Shown: positions 38,496 to 52,789 of the stretch, one piece after another
Layout: every line of letters begins with the position of its first letter
How positions within the stretch are numbered: position 1 is the first letter of the stretch
NCBI GenBank assembly: GCA_028534125.1
Contig: CM052816.1
Coordinates: 1,674,001 to 1,738,000 of the forward strand
DNA length: 64,000 nucleotides
Direction: 5' to 3'
Source of the DNA: Lama glama
Taxonomy: Eukaryota
The notes under the pieces: model-generated
Told to the model about the DNA's origin: nothing
The model's database searches: none
What the model saw: the letters and a program-made list of their open reading frames with translations, nothing else
Made by a program: the position numbers and the translations under genes

Positions 38496-39569
38496 CACAA
38501 CTAGGGGAAAAACTCAAAAGGATATATACTAAAGTATTACGAGGTAAGTGTAGGGGTTATTTTTATTTTCTTCTTATATAGTCCCCCATTTCTCAAATTT
38601 TTCACGAAGAATGTATATTACTAGTATATTCAAAAAAACAATCAATGTCCAAAGAAAGAGAGACCGTGCTTCTACCTTCAACTAAGTTGTAAGATGCACC
38701 CCCACGCATTTCAGACCCTCATCTTTCTTCTGCTTGTTCAGAGCTTCCTAACAAACCCCTCTACTTCCCTTCTTGTTGCCTTTACCTGGCCATTCCTCAT
38801 GTTCTACAAGTGACGCTATCGGATCCAGGAGCACCTGTATACCTGGGCAGCGATTCGAGTTGAGCCATCAGTTCCAGAAGTGCCTGTAACAGATGGGCAC
38901 TAGTGCACCCACACCCACGAGGTCTAACTGGCCTTACAGGATCTCCAGCTTCTAGTTTAGGAAGAGGCTAAGTGAACAGTTGCTGCCATGTGACATTATC
39001 AGCACCAGTGGCTTTGCAATGCAGAAACTGTCCATGCAAATGGGAAGTATGACAGCTAACATTTCTTCCACTCACTAGTGGCTCAGCTTCAAACATCTGG
39101 TGATTTCCATGCCAGGCTGGTCTCCAAATAGTACTCAGGGGCAGCAGGCCTCATGGCCGCCACGTTCCTATTCTTTCATCCAGTAATTCCCTCCACATTC
39201 AAGAGGAAGCCAAAAAAATGAGACTAATTATTATCTCCAAATAGAGATAACATTTTAGTCACCTTCTGAAAGAATCTGTGTGGGTGGAATAAATAAGCAA
39301 AAATGTGTGGGTTACATAAAGGGTCGTCGGTCTACAAAGAAGTAAAAGTTTATCTCTGTCCTTGATACAAAAAGTTTCTAGACTATCAGTTATTCAAAAA
39401 TATCAGAAAGGCAACAATACAAGCTAAAGTAAATAGCAGAAATAGTTGTCAAACAAGTGATAGGGACAGGAAGTGACATGCAGGTCACACTTCCCCCAGT
39501 TCTCATAAAATCAAGGCCATTATTTCACATTCTTAAGTTTTACATGCTTAAGTATATCAGAACACTATT

Positions 39570-40010
39570 AGTCATTCTGTTATTCCTAATGGAAAATTCC
39601 AAGTCAAAAGGACTTAAGCAATAAAGCAAGTATCTCTTCACATTTGATGAAGCCCAGAGGTAGGGCAGGGATTGGTTATTTAGCAGCTCACAGAGTCATC
39701 CAGAAGCCTGCTTTTTTCCATCTCTCCATGTTGCCATCAATGATTGATTCAGCCTCAGACTTGGAATTGAAACAGTTGCAGCAATTATAAGCATGACATC
39801 AAGACATGGCAGTTCTTTTGGTTTTCTGTTAGAAATGAGAAAACTTTCCTTGGAAATCCTACAAGAGATTCCCCTAATGTGCCATTGGCTAGAGTATGGT
39901 CATGTGCCCTATGAAACAATTCCTGGCAAAAGGACAGAGGTGACCCTTAGATCAACCAGACCCCCTAGTGGAGCTAGGGGTGGGATTAGCTTCTCTCGAA
40001 GCATGTGGTT
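39570..40010 (-). mobile_element. Old MLT1-type LTR
   Basis: ggacttaagcaataa..gaggtagggcagg..gccattggctagagtatggtcatgtgccc. Confidence 0.55.
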
Positions 40011-40175
40011 ACATGGGAATGGCTTTTGTTAGGAAGGAGGGGAAATGAATGCTAACAAGTTCCCAATAACATCTACATTCAGGGCTAGTTCTAAAGGAAA
40101 GAGACATTTTACACTTGCAGAACCTGACACTGCAATTACCTTTCCAGCTTCATCTCTCACTACATTACCTTTCCC

Positions 40176-40177
<2 letters not shown>

Positions 40178-40213
<36 letters not shown>
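40178..40213. repeat. (CA)n microsatellite
   Basis: Direct reading. Confidence 0.95.
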
Positions 40214-40216
<3 letters not shown>

Positions 40217-40439
40217 CAAGACTAGCCGGATTGTAGTTCTCACAGTTCTTCAAAAGCAATGTGCTTTCTAATATCACTCTGGAATTCCTCCTGTATCTCA
40301 GATCTTGGCTAATCACAAATCCTGTTTGCCTAGATGATGTCTGGTTTACACTGTTGTCCTGGCTTAACTGCTAATAGTGCCCCCTTCATTCTTAAAGTAT
40401 TCCAACTTAAATAAGAATATAAAAATTAAGGAAAGAGAA

Positions 40440-41050
40440 AAAGGGGTTTGGGGATTGAGTGTAGAGAGTCGAGGAGATGGAGGAGTCTAGGATGACTCAT
40501 AGACATCTGAAATTGAGAGGCTGGGTAAGTGCTAGACATCAGGGAATCAAAGAGGGGAGATGTTAACAAGTGAAGCATGGGACTTGGGAGATAGCTGAGT
40601 GCAGATGACCATGTAAAAGCTAACTAAGTTAAGAATTCAAGAGAAAAAGACATCATCCAGAGATAGAAATGTGTGAGTCAACTGTATCCAGATAACCTGA
40701 AGTCATAAATACAAAGGAGACGGCCTGAAAGAGATGTAGAACTAGAAAATGGCCATAGCAAGAACTGTGGTGAGTCAACATTCAGGAGCTGCACCAAGGG
40801 AGAGGAGGCAGTGATGGAGACTGAGAAAAATTTAGCCAGAGAGAAAACTGGAGAATCAGGAAGTGAAGGCATTGCAGCCTCAGAAGATGAGAGAGTTTCA
40901 AGAAAAAAAAAAGGAGTGATTCATGAAATTTATAGCATAAAAGAGAACTCAAATAAGGTAAAGATCAAAGAGTTTATTGACGTCAGGAATTCATTGGCCA
41001 CCTTTCCTGGGGTATTTAGAGCACAGCACAGAATCACAATTTTAGGGTAG
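40440..41050 (-). mobile_element. L2 fragment
   Basis: gaggagtctaggatgactc..gcctcagaagatgagagagtttcaagaa..aggaattcattggccacctt. Confidence 0.6.
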
Positions 41051-41504
41051 AAGACCATTGATGACTTAGTTTTTAATGGGAACACAGGTTTTAATGGGAA
41101 ATCACAAGATTAGTTAAGTCTTAGTGGTAGAGCTTGGGGGAAAAATTCTGACCCTTGCCTCATTAGTCATGAAATTGTCTACCATATTATGCTTTCCCTT
41201 TCTTTGGGATCAAACTGTAGAGATGAGCAGAAGCGGAAGCACACAGGATAAACACAAATCAGTCACTATTAGTCTACAAACAATTCTAAAAGCAAAAGAA
41301 GTCAAGAGACTTCTTTCTATCTTCACTACTGCTGCCTTGGTTGTGACCACTATCATATCAAGTCTGGACTGCTGCACTAGCCTTCTCACAGACCTCCCCA
41401 CTGCTTTCAATCCATTTTCCTCACACTGGCAAATACATCACATTCCTTCTCTGCTTAATAGCCTTCAAGGAATCACCAAAGCAGTTCAAAAAGAGAAAGA
41501 ACTG

Positions 41505-43985
41505 GCACTGGAATGACTGGATAAACATCTGGAAGAAACGAAACAAACCCTTATATGTTAAAAAATACATAATTCAGAGTGAATCATAGATCTAAACATA
41601 AGAAATAAAACTCTGCTTCTAGAAGAAAACTTAGGAAAATAATTCACAAAGGCAAAGATTTTTTAGATACAAAACATAAAGCATGATTAGTAAAAGAAAA
41701 AAGATCAAATGAATTTCATCAAAGTTAAAAACTTAACACTCATCAAAAAACACAATTAAGAAAATGACAAAACAAGGCAAAGACTGTGAGAAGATGGATT
41801 AGTGTGTGCGCGTGTGTATAAAACAAATCAATAGTACAAAAATAAAAATCTCAATTAGAAAGTTCACAAAAGACGACCAAAAAATGAATGGCCAAAAAGC
41901 AAATGAAAAGTGCTCCAAATCATTAGTTATCAAGGGAAGGCAAATTAAAGTTACAATAAGATATCACTTCATACCCATTAGAATCCTGAAATCAGAAAGG
42001 ACAAATGTTGACAAGTTTGTGGGGAAACTGGAACTCTAATACACTGCTGTTTGGAGGATAAAATCCACAACTACTTTGAAATATTGTAGGCAGTTCCTTA
42101 TAGAGTTAAATATACACCTATTCAAAGAGGAAGAAAATTAGAGGACTTAAACCATATGATTTCAAGACTTATTATAACACAATAGTAACCACACAGTATG
42201 ATGATGATGTAGAGAGAGAGAGACATATAAAACAGTGGAACAGAATAAGTAATCCATAAATAAGACTCATAACATACAGTAAATTGATTTTTTAAACATT
42301 TTTATTGAGTTATAATCATTTTACAATGTTGTGTCAAATTCCAGTAGTAAATTGATTTTTTGACAAAGCTGTCAAGGTAATTCAATGAGAGTCAGGCTAG
42401 CCATTCAAAACATGGTGCAAGAACAAGGGTTATATGTATACAAAACATGAACTCAAAATGGGTAAGTCAAAACCTAACACTAAAATTCTAAGACTTCTAG
42501 AATAAAACTTTGTGACCTTGGGTTAAGGAGGAATTTCTTAGAAAGAACACAAAACATGAACCATAAAATTAAAAAAAGGTTTATAAATGTAAATTCATCA
42601 AAAAAAGTAATTGCTTTTTGAAAGACACCATTTCAAAAATTGAAAATATATGCTGCAGACTGGGAGAAAACGCTAAATATATATCTAATAAAGGCTTTGT
42701 ATACAAAATATATAACAATTTTTAGAATTCACTAATAAGACAAATAACCTAATTTGTAAAAATTGAAAAAATATTTGGGTAGACATTTCATTAAAAAATA
42801 TAAGAATGGCACGTAAACACATGAAAAGATTCTAAGCAGCATTAGTCATGATGGAAATGCAAATTAAAACCAAATGGGAAAAGGACAGAGTAGGGGGTCT
42901 CTGAAAATTCTCTCCTCCATTGAAGCAATGAAAAACTGGCCAAAAAATGGTTAGAATCAACTTTCACAGAACTCTGGAAATTAAACAGTCTTGCAACAAT
43001 CTGGTCAGCATTTACTTAAGAAAAACAGATGATTCTCAATAAGAACACAAGCTTTGAGGTATTTTAACTTGCCCGAGTCCCATCCCTACTCTCCAGCTTC
43101 AAAGTAGCCTTGAAAGCTAATGGTTCCAAATCATGGTGAAAACCAACAGCCTGGCACTCATTGGAAGAGGTATTATGGGGTTAGAGCTACTTCAAAGCCC
43201 TATTCCTAAAGAACTATCATTATTTCACGTGTCAGATAGTTCTCTGGAAGATCTCAATCGCAAGGCTGTATTTACCTGACCTGAGTCAGAGTTCACCCAG
43301 TGTCTCTTTATGGGCATTTATCAAAAACAGTTACAAGCAATTGCTTAATTTCATGGTTGTCTGAGGTGGTGGGATAACACAATGAACTAACAATAAGCTT
43401 AAAAGGAAAAGCTGGGGAGTGAGATATCCATATGGGCTTTGAAAAGCTCTGACATATTCCTGAGTATCTAAAAATCCATGTGCATGCATGGGACTGTGTT
43501 TAGGCACAGGACAGATCCGAGAAAGCCCAATGCTCTCACCTCTGGCTGACCTTGAAGTTCTGTGCAAGCAGGAACTGAGAGATAAGGCAGAGTTGTCTAC
43601 TGCCTGGCGGAGAGTTCAAGGCATGCTCAAACATTCATACAGAGCTCCTTTGCAAAGACTGGGAGTCATACTGCTTCTTGATATTATGAGCTATTTAAAG
43701 AAACAAGGAAGCATGACCCATACACAGGAACAGAAATAAAAAGCAATCAGACAATTGCTACCACATAATTCAGCAACTCTACTCTTAAGTACACACAAAG
43801 AGAAAAGAAAACATATGGCTTCATGAAGACTTACCTTTAAATATTTACAGCATTTTTTGGCATATCAACCAAAGACTGTAAACAGCCTAAATATTTATCA
43901 ACTGATGACTTAACAAATTGTGGCATATGCATACAAAAGAATATGACTCAGCAACACAGGAATGAATATAGTACTGATACATGCA
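41505..43985 (+). mobile_element. Cluster of old L1M fragments (ORF2 3' pieces, plus a putative 5'-end piece ~42880-43750)
   Basis: gaatcatagatctaaacataag, ttcaagacttattataa, gaaatgcaaattaaaacca, aatttatcaactgatg-like 3' motifs. Confidence 0.75.
42294..42345 (-). mobile_element. 52-bp L1 3' terminal insertion
   Basis: Perfect 16-bp TSD agtaaattgatttttt at 42278-42293 and 42346-42361; body matches the tail of the L1 at 44260-44306. Confidence 0.9.
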
Positions 43986-44245
43986 TCATCCCCATCCTCC
44001 AGGCACACCAGCTTCTTTCAGGATCTTAAGCACACTCAGGTAATCCAGGCTTTTGCACATGCTGCGTCCTTTGCTGGATACACTCCCATGCATCTTCAAG
44101 TGACTAGGTCATTCTCATGCTTCAGGTCTCAAATAAATGCCACCTCCTCCAAGAGGTCCTCCTTGACCATCCCCAAAGTAGCTCTCCTTGGTTCTTTGCC
44201 CCTGTCCCTAGTTTGTTTCACTTGTACTGCTTATTAACATTTCTT

Positions 44246-45753
44246 TTTTTTTAAACTTTTTTTTATTGAGTTATAGTCATTCTACAATGCTGTGTCAAAT
44301 TCCAGTGTTAAGCACAATTTTTCAGTTATACATGAACATACATACATTCATTGTCACATTCTCTTTTGCTGTGAGCCGCCACAAGATCCTGTATATATTT
44401 CCCTATGCTACACAGTATAATCTTGTTTATCTAGTCTACATTTTGAAATCCCAGTCTGTCACTTCCCACCCCCATCCCTCTGGCAATCACAAGTTTGTAT
44501 TCTATGTCTATAAGTCTGTTTCTGTTTTTTTTTGTTTGTTTGTTTTTTGTTTTTTTTCAGATTCCAGAAATGAGCGATCTCTTATGTTATTTTTCTTTCT
44601 CTTTCTGGCTTACTTCACTTAGAATGACATTCCCAGTAACATCCATGTTGCTGCAAATGGCGTTGTCAGTTTTTATGGCTGAATAGTATTCCATTGTATA
44701 AATATACCCCAATTTCTTTATCCAGTCATCTGTCGATGGACATTTAGGCTATTTCCATGTCTTGGCTATTGTAAATAGTGCTGCTATGAACACTGGGGTG
44801 CAGGTGTCATTTTGAAGTAAGGTTCCTTCTGGATATATGCCTAGGAATGGGATTCCTGGGTCATATGGTAAGTCTATTCCTAGTCTTTTGAGGAATCTCC
44901 ATACTGTTTTCCACAGTGGCTGCACCAAACTGCATTCCCACCAGCAGTGTAGGAGGGTTGCCTTTTCTCCACAGCCTCTCCAGCATTTGTCATTTGTGGG
45001 CTTTTCAATGATGGTCATTCCGACTGGTGTGAGGTGATACCTCATTGTAGTTTTGATTTGCATTTCTCTGATAATTAGTGATATTGAGCNNNNNNNNNNN
45101 NNNNNNNNNNNNNNNNNNNNNNNNNNNNNNNNNNNNNNNNNNNNNNNNNNNNNNNNNNNNNNNNNNNNNNNNNNNNNNNNNNNNNNNNNNNNNNNNNNNN
45201 NNNNNNNNNNNNNNNNNNNNNNNNNNNNNNNNNNNNNNNNNNNNNNNNNNNNNNNNNNNNNNNNNNNNNNNNNNNNNNNNNNNNNNNNNNNNNNNNNNNN
45301 NNNNNNNNNNNNNNNNNNNNNNNNNNNNNNNNNNNNNNNNNNNNNNNNNNNNNNNNNNNNNNNNNNNNNNNNNNNNNNNNNNNNNNNNNNNNNNNNNNNN
45401 NNNNNNNNNNNNNNNNNNNNNNNNNNNNNNNNNNNNNNNNNNNNNNNNNNNNNNNNNNNNNNNNNNNNNNNNNNNNNNNNNNNNNNNNNNNNNNNNNNNN
45501 NNNNNNNNNNNNNNNNNNNNNNNNNNNNNNNNNNNNNNNNNNNNNNNNNNNNNNNNNNNNNNNNNNNNNNNNNNNNNNNNNNNNNNNNNTATGTCTGTTT
45601 TTGTACCAATACCATGCTGTCTTGATTACTGTAGCTCTGCAGTGTTGTCTGAAATCTGGGAGAGTTATTCCTCCAGCCTCTTTGTTTTTCTTCAGTAATA
45701 CTTTGGCAATTCTAGGTCTTTTGTGATTACATATAAATTTTATTATGATTTGT
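44246..45753 (-). mobile_element. 5'-truncated young L1 spanning an assembly gap
   Basis: ORF2 C-terminus [40 protein letters not shown] tgcttattaacatttctt (44228-44245) / tgctcattaacatttctt (45754-45771). Confidence 0.92.
45090..45589. other. Assembly gap (500 N)
   Basis: Run of N. Confidence 1.
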
Positions 45754-46194
45754 TGCTCATTAACATTTCTTCATACTTTGGGGTCCAGTTACTTCTTTCT
45801 GCCTGCCCACAGGAAAAAAAAAGTTGCCAGCTGTATCAATAGTAGTTCAGTGTTTTATTTTTCATTGTTGGGAGGTGTGGGGATGAAGCATAAAAATTTG
45901 TTTTTATTAAAAAATAACACACATCATTTTTTTCCCTAAACCTGTCTCAAGCACTTTTTCATCCCCACTGGTCCTGACTTTCCAAATTAAATGAAAAGTT
46001 TCTAAGGGTAGGTGTCATATTTATTTATTTCCAAATGGGACTCCCTAGACACTCACTTGCTTTGATTTGAGCTGGTACAAAAGCCCTACCTGTCCTCAGA
46101 CTGTTCAGATCACTTGCCACTATGTCCGAGTATCAGAATCCCCAGCCTTAGAGAACTTTGTTGGGTCAAGATATAAATATCACTAAAAGCACAA

Positions 46195-46370
46195 ACTGCT
46201 AGACATAAAATGAATAAGATATGGGGATGTAATGCACAGCACAGGAAACACAGCCAATTTTTTATAACCTTAAATGGAGTGTAATCCATAAAAATGTTGA
46301 ATCACTATGTTACACACCTGAAAGTATACCTGTATAACATTATAAATCAACTATACTTTAATTTTTTAAA
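46195..46370 (+). mobile_element. Short older L1 3'-UTR fragment
   Basis: ggatgtaatgcacagcacaggaaacacagccaat..tgaatcactatgttacacacctgaaa..aaatcaactatacttt. Confidence 0.8.
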
Positions 46371-46484
46371 AATTGCTAGCAGACCACTCTGGAAATACAA
46401 ATACACTCTCTGAGTGGATAAAATATTGTCATGTAGGTATAATTATTAAGAGCACTCTTTTACTCTTAAAAAGTATCCTGATTT

Positions 46485-47568
46485 TCAATAACAAAACAAA
46501 AAAAGAACGTATGGAAAGGGAGAAAAATATTCACCAACGATGTGACTGATAAGGGGTTAATATCCAAAATATACAAACAGCTCATATAACTCAGTTTGGA
46601 AAAAACCAAACAACTCAATCAAAAAATATGCAGAAGACCTAAATACACATTTTTCCAAAGAAGACATACAGATGGTCACAGGTACATGAAAAGATGCTTA
46701 CTTAACATTGCTAATTATTAGAGAAATGCAAATCAAAACCACAATGAGGTATCACCTCACACTGTTCAGAATGGCTATCATCAGAAAGTCTACAAATAAT
46801 AAATGATGGAGAGGGTGTGGAGAAAAGGGAACCCTCCTCCACTGTTGGTGGGAGTGTAGATTGGTGCAGTCACTATGGAGAACATTATGCAGGGTCCTTA
46901 AAGAAATAAGAACAGAACTACCATATGATCCAGCAATCCCATTCCTGGGCATATATCCAGAAAAAAAGAAAACTCTTAATTTGAAAGATACATGAACCCC
47001 CAATGTTTATAGCAGCATTGTTTACAATAGCCAAGACATGGAAGTAACCAAAGTGTTCATCAACAGATGACTGGATAAAGAAGATGTGATATATATATGG
47101 AGATATAGATATCTATATATAGAAAATGGACTACTACTCAGCCATAAAAAGAATGAAATATTGCCATTTGCAGCAACATGGATGGACCTAGAGAATATCA
47201 TACTTGGTGAAGTCAGACGGAGAAAGACAAATATTATATGATATCACTTATATGTGGAATCTAAAAATAATACAAATGAATCTATATACAAAACAGAAAC
47301 AGATTCACAGACACAGCAAACATACGCTTACCAAAGGGGAGAGGGATGGAGGGAGGGACAAGTTAGGAGTATGGGATTACAGATACAAACATAAAATATA
47401 CATAAAATAGATAAGCAACAAGGATTTACTGTGCAACATAGAGAATTATATCCAATATCTTATAATAACCTATAAAAGAACATAATCTAAAAATAAATAA
47501 CTGAATCACTTTGCTGTATACCTAAAACTAACACAGTATTGTAAATCAACTATACCTCAATTTTTTTT
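46485..47568 (+). mobile_element. 5'-truncated L1 (ORF2 C-terminus + 3' UTR)
   Basis: agagaaatgcaaatcaaaaccacaatgaggtatcacctcacac..gtaaatcaactatacctcaa; possible degenerate TSD aaaagtatcctgattt / aaaagtgtcctagttt. Confidence 0.9.
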
Positions 47569-49379
47569 AAAAGTGTCCTAGTTTGGACACTAAATTCTAT
47601 GGTCATCCAACTCAGCAGGAAACTTCACTGATGCAATGGCATGGATGAGAGGTAAGTTGTGGTGGGGGCTGAAGGACAGGTGGCTAGCGGATGAGACAGA
47701 TGCATAAAGACAATAGGAGGTGTCAGGGATGCAGGAAGGCATAGGAAGGGCAAATGGCAGGGAATAAAAGAGACCCCAGAAAGGGAACTGGAGACAGTAA
47801 AACAAATCTGCTCCTTTACAATTTCATTAGGTGCCAGTCCAGCCTGCAACACTCAAAAACACATTCACCTTTCCTTGAGGCAAAGGGGATTAGCACAAGT
47901 CTTGTCCAAAGGAAAATTAATACATGTTCACAATTTATGCTCAACCCAGAATCTTTGTTTATTCCGGAAAAGGATTTAGAAGCTTCTCTTTCAACACTTT
48001 AATCCTTTGGCCTAATCATCTTCCAGCAGTGGCTGAAACAGTGTACGGGGTAAGTGCTGAGGAAGGGCTGAAGGGAAAATCCTTTGTGAGCCAGGCAAGC
48101 AGTCAGATTCAGTACCAAATGCTGGCTAGACAGCACCAGTTTCTCAGTCCCTCTGGGAATGTTAGTGCAATTCTCACTAACGTCTACCTCAAGGTTCCCT
48201 GGCCCAACAAGCTCACTGTTAGCATCTCTTAAGCAGTGCTGGTCCATGGAGAAAAACTCCTTTTCAGATTTATCTTCCCCCTGAGCCTGGAGAAGAATCT
48301 TCTTCTTGCTGTGACCTCTTGCCATGGCTGTTGGCAGGGGATGTAAAATGCAGGGCCCATCACCCAGTAAAACATTTCCAGGTGTTTCCATTCAAGGTCT
48401 GCCACAGAGAGGTGAATTCGCCTTTTTGCTCTATTCTCCACCATAAGCCATAAAAGCAAAAGACAATCTCACCCACGAGCTGTTTCACACTCATGCTCAC
48501 CGCATACCACGCAGAGGGGGAGAAAAAGAATCATGGTCTTCATGAACTGTAGAAACTTGCACCCAGAACATGGTCACTTGGCAGCTCTTTGCATCCCCTC
48601 ACTTTGTCTACCCGAGCTGGGCTCTTCCTCAGAATTGTTTTCCAAGTAGCAGCTTGTGTTTATTCTACTGGGCTTTTGGAGAACTTAGGAAAAGGAAAAT
48701 CAACAAAGTGTAGCTAGGCACATGGAAAACCATATGCTTCATAAAACTGCGTATGTGCTGTGTTTAAGATATAAAGGGAGATAAGAAAAAATAAACACCT
48801 GCCAACTTCCCTGTCTACCTAGATTAGAAAATTCAAAAAGCCTACGTTCATATGCAAAAAATACAGCATGCCTTAAATTTCATAGATTGTTACAGTTGAA
48901 AGCTGAAAGAGCTCATTCAAGATTGCAAATTCAAATTTCAGTGGGGAGCAGGCAGGTAATATAAATGAGTGAAGTAGGCCAGGTGGGGCCTTGGGAACTG
49001 GGAGTGGGGGGTACTACCTAAAATGGTGAATTTTCCTGACTTTTTCAATGTTGTTCAGTCATTCAGGCTTATTTAAAAATATTGTATTGGCCAAACAAAA
49101 CACATATGCATGGACGTCCAACTTGAGACCTCTGTTCTAGAAAGACTTCATAATGAATTAACAGATAAGTAGTGTGATCTAAAGAAAGGCATTTTCTCAA
49201 AGTCACACTCATTGAGAATCCCAGGTGTGTCACCAAGTTTCAGGTCCCATAACTCTCACCCTGGTATTCTTCCTTCTCATTATGATATTGTATGACCTGC
49301 TAAACATGAGAGATTTTACATTCAGGTATTCAGATAATCAATTTCATTTTGTGTTTGTTCTGGTTATTTTTCATTTGCC

Positions 49380-49760
49380 TGTCAATATCCAGTCTGCATC
49401 CTTCCTCAGCTTGTGTCACGTGACTCAGGAGGCGGACTTATATGGCCTAGGTCAATGGGCTCCCTTGTCCTCTGACTTTGAGTTGAGTTAAGCCAGTGGG
49501 AGGCCCTAGCAGGAGCTCAGAGGGAAGGTAGAAGGAAACTGGTGTGTTTCTCTCCACTAAAGGCTCCTGTCAGGCAGTACGCTCCATGGAGCTTATTTCT
49601 CTGGGTTTCAGTAACCACATTACTTTGCCCCTCTGGGGTGGAATGGCTCCCATTACTCTTAGGTCCAGGGTCGTGTGCCTTCCTTGTTGGGTTCCCCAAA
49701 CACTGTCCATAAGTTTGTAAAGAGTCCCTTTATTAAAATCCCTTCAATTACCAGTTAAAG
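49380..49760 (+). mobile_element. LTR33-like ERVL LTR
   Basis: tgggctcccttgtcctctgacttt..agccagtgggaggccctagcaggag..tttgtaaagagtccctttattaaa. Confidence 0.6.
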
Positions 49761-51864
49761 GAGGGTGACCGACCAACCATGTCGGTTTGTCAGAGACTCT
49801 CTATTTTAGCACTGAAAATCTTACATCCTGGGAAATCCCTCAGTCCTGGGCAAAGTAAGACAGATGGTCAATCCATGTGCAAGGGCTATCTACATATTTC
49901 TTTAAAATCTGCTGCTGCTTTTTATCATACTATTCCTTCTTTCATATCTTTAATCACTTCAAATATTCTTATTTTTTACAGATTATCTCTTATAGATACA
50001 GCTATTATTTCTGATTCTTTTGCTGTACCTGCTGATTCTCCCTTATGGTGGTGAATTTCCTTGTGTGAGTTCTTTGTGCCTTGAGTTGTAAAAATGTCCC
50101 AACGAAATAGTTTACAATTGCTTGGATTGTACCCTAGGGGTTTGACTGACTTGAGCAGTTTGTGCTAACTTATCAGCAGTGTACATTTGGATAACACACC
50201 CTTATGTGTCACAGACCTGGGGTTTTAGTTTCTTGGGCATAACTTCTTTGCTTCTTTTAAACCAGGGCCCTAGACAGTTAGCAAGCTTTGTTCCTTCCTA
50301 GACTAAATATGGAGTTGTTATAGTTGTGATTCCATGAAAAGTACCCCAGCTTTATGCTGAAGCTCAGTTCTAGTTTCTCTACCTGACAAGGGCTTGAGGC
50401 CACATCTCCTATACCTTAATGGGTGTCAAGTTCCCAATCTTCAGCTCTTAGAGCCTATACGTGGGTCAGAAATTTTGCTGAAATGCCAGCCCTCCATTAC
50501 GGCCCTGGCTTTGATTTTTGTCTTCCTTTTTTGAAGTTGGAGATTTTTCTGTCTTTCATGTCAAAATATTTTATAAAATCGGGTTTTTTAATTCAGTCTT
50601 TCCATGAATTTGCTCTGTCATACTGTCAGAGTCAAAGACCACTCTGAAATAAAGAAGTTCACATCCAGCATAAACTGGAGATAGGCTTATGTGGTTCTGC
50701 TTCTGTGCTTGCATCGTTAGTAATAGAATTCAGCTGACAAATTGAGGCCAAATTGCAGCAAGTCTGGGGGGCCAGACTTGGATGCCTAACCAAGTGTGAG
50801 TCACTTCTGATATTAATCTGGTCTCATTTTTAAGGTGACTGGCACCATGAGGCAAGGTGGAAATGAAATATTCATTGCCCATTCAATATTACCTAATTTG
50901 TATGTCCAAGTGTTGACAAAAGAGAAGCTTTGCCATCTACATTATGAGTAATTGTAAATTAATATGCAACCCTGCACCCATTCTAGTGAGAAGAGAATAA
51001 CTTAGATTTGCCAACTGTTCAACAACATGGCTTGACTTCAGCTACAGATGCCACCTATCCTGTTTCCCACCGTTGGAAACACAGAGGGATAGAGAGACTT
51101 CCTAAGAGAAGCAATTTTGCATAATAACACAACAGAAACTGGAGTCTAGAAATCTTAAATAATCAAGGTTAAAAGAAAATTTAAAGCTCATATTCTCATT
51201 TAATAGATGAGGAAGATGAGGCCTAACTTGCATTTCAGGCTTAGATGTTCCTTCAAATTCTTCTAAGCACTTCGACAGCACAGCCAAACACAATCATTTT
51301 GCTCTCGCAGTTTTACATTATGTGGCTTGCTGGATTTTTTTTTTTCACTTGAAAAGTCATATTGAACAGATCCTCAAATGTTTGATAGCTGCATAGATCT
51401 AGCAGGCAGGACTAGAATGCTTCATCCATCATCATGATCTGGGGCCCAAAGATTCTTCATTTGCCTAACACATTGGGCCCTGAGGTTTCCTGGGACTCAG
51501 CTAGAAAGGAAATGGTCAGAGCTTTGACACTTCACTAATGTCAACTTGAAGTTCCAGACATTTCTCCCAACATGTAGGCTGCTGGCACAAAAACCAGGCT
51601 CCCACAGCACAAAGGAGGTGACTCCATCACTCCCCAGCTAGAGATCTCTGTCTATGGGGGATTCAGCTCAAGCCAAGAGCCAAGAATGAGAGGCCCTCTC
51701 TCTGAGTACAGTTCCTTCACTCAATAACACAGGCAGGGGCCAGTGGGAGAGGATCCCAGAGGGGTAAGGCCATGTGATTGTGAAGCACATGGGAAAAACA
51801 TTAACGAAATGGGGAAAGGGAGAAATGGTCATGATAAAACTAGTATTGTTTATGTCCTCTGCAT

Positions 51865-52380
51865 TCATTATCTTATTTACTCATTACCAAAAAAGCTGTG
51901 AGTTAAGTACCACCATTAATTCCATTTAACAGATCTGAAAACTGAGGCACGAAAGTGGTCAAGGAGGAAGTCACAGAGCTGGTAAGTGGCAGAACTAGAA
52001 TTAGATCAGGCATTCTGATTTGTGAGCCTCCAGTCTTAACCGCTATACATGTTATGCCATATTCTGGGGCGCGCCCCTGTTCAAACATAATGTGTATCTG
52101 TTCCTTGTGAGCTTTCTTAGGCCTACTCCCTTCTCTTCCAGTTTTAGATCTTAATAACAATACTTACTGAAAGTTTCTTATAGAAAAACACTTGGTTAAC
52201 TGCTTTTTAGGCATACATTATCTCTTTTATCCTCAAATCCTAAGAGATAGTATTATCCTCACTTTACTGGTAAGAAACCTGAGGCTGAAAGGAAGCTAAG
52301 TCACAAGCCCAAGGTCAGACAGGTAGTAAGTGGCAGAGATCACATTCAAATGCAGACCTTCTGATTTTAAAGCCTGAGCT
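51865..52380 (-). mobile_element. Two adjacent MIR SINEs
   Basis: aaactgaggcacgaaagtggtcaag..gtcacagagctggtaagtggcaga; gaaacctgaggctg..cccaaggtcagacaggtagtaagtggcagag. Confidence 0.8.
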
Positions 52381-52789
52381 GTCCTTACTATGGCCCTGGA
52401 TCTCACACTTTAATGTATACCCTGGGAATCTTTTAAGAAAGCAAATTCCAGTTCCCTACTGCCAGATTCTGAATCAGCAGATCTGGGTTAAGCCCAGGGA
52501 TCTGCATTCTCAAACATCCCAGAACTTGAGGACTCTTCATGGCCAAATCCTCACCATGCCATAGTACCTCTATGACTATAACAGGTCAGGCATAAACTGG
52601 TCAGTTGCATGTTAGTCATAAAATCAGAAAGTAGCATTGCTAAGGTCTGCTGCTCCATTGTTTGGGATTATTCAAACCCAACAGGTTGTATGCTGTGGCT
52701 CACTGTATTTGCTCATTCCATTGCAGATGTCCCTTTTCCTTCTCCCTGCGTATCACCCTGAGTTTCAAAGTGACTTGTGTGAGTTGAGA

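Noticed and set aside
44749..45698. Long ORFs of 190-288 aa
   Set aside because: Artefacts of translating through the 500-N gap in an L1.
47754..48459. Cluster of 76-130 aa ORFs
   Set aside because: No recognisable domain or consistent exon structure; lengths are within chance expectation.
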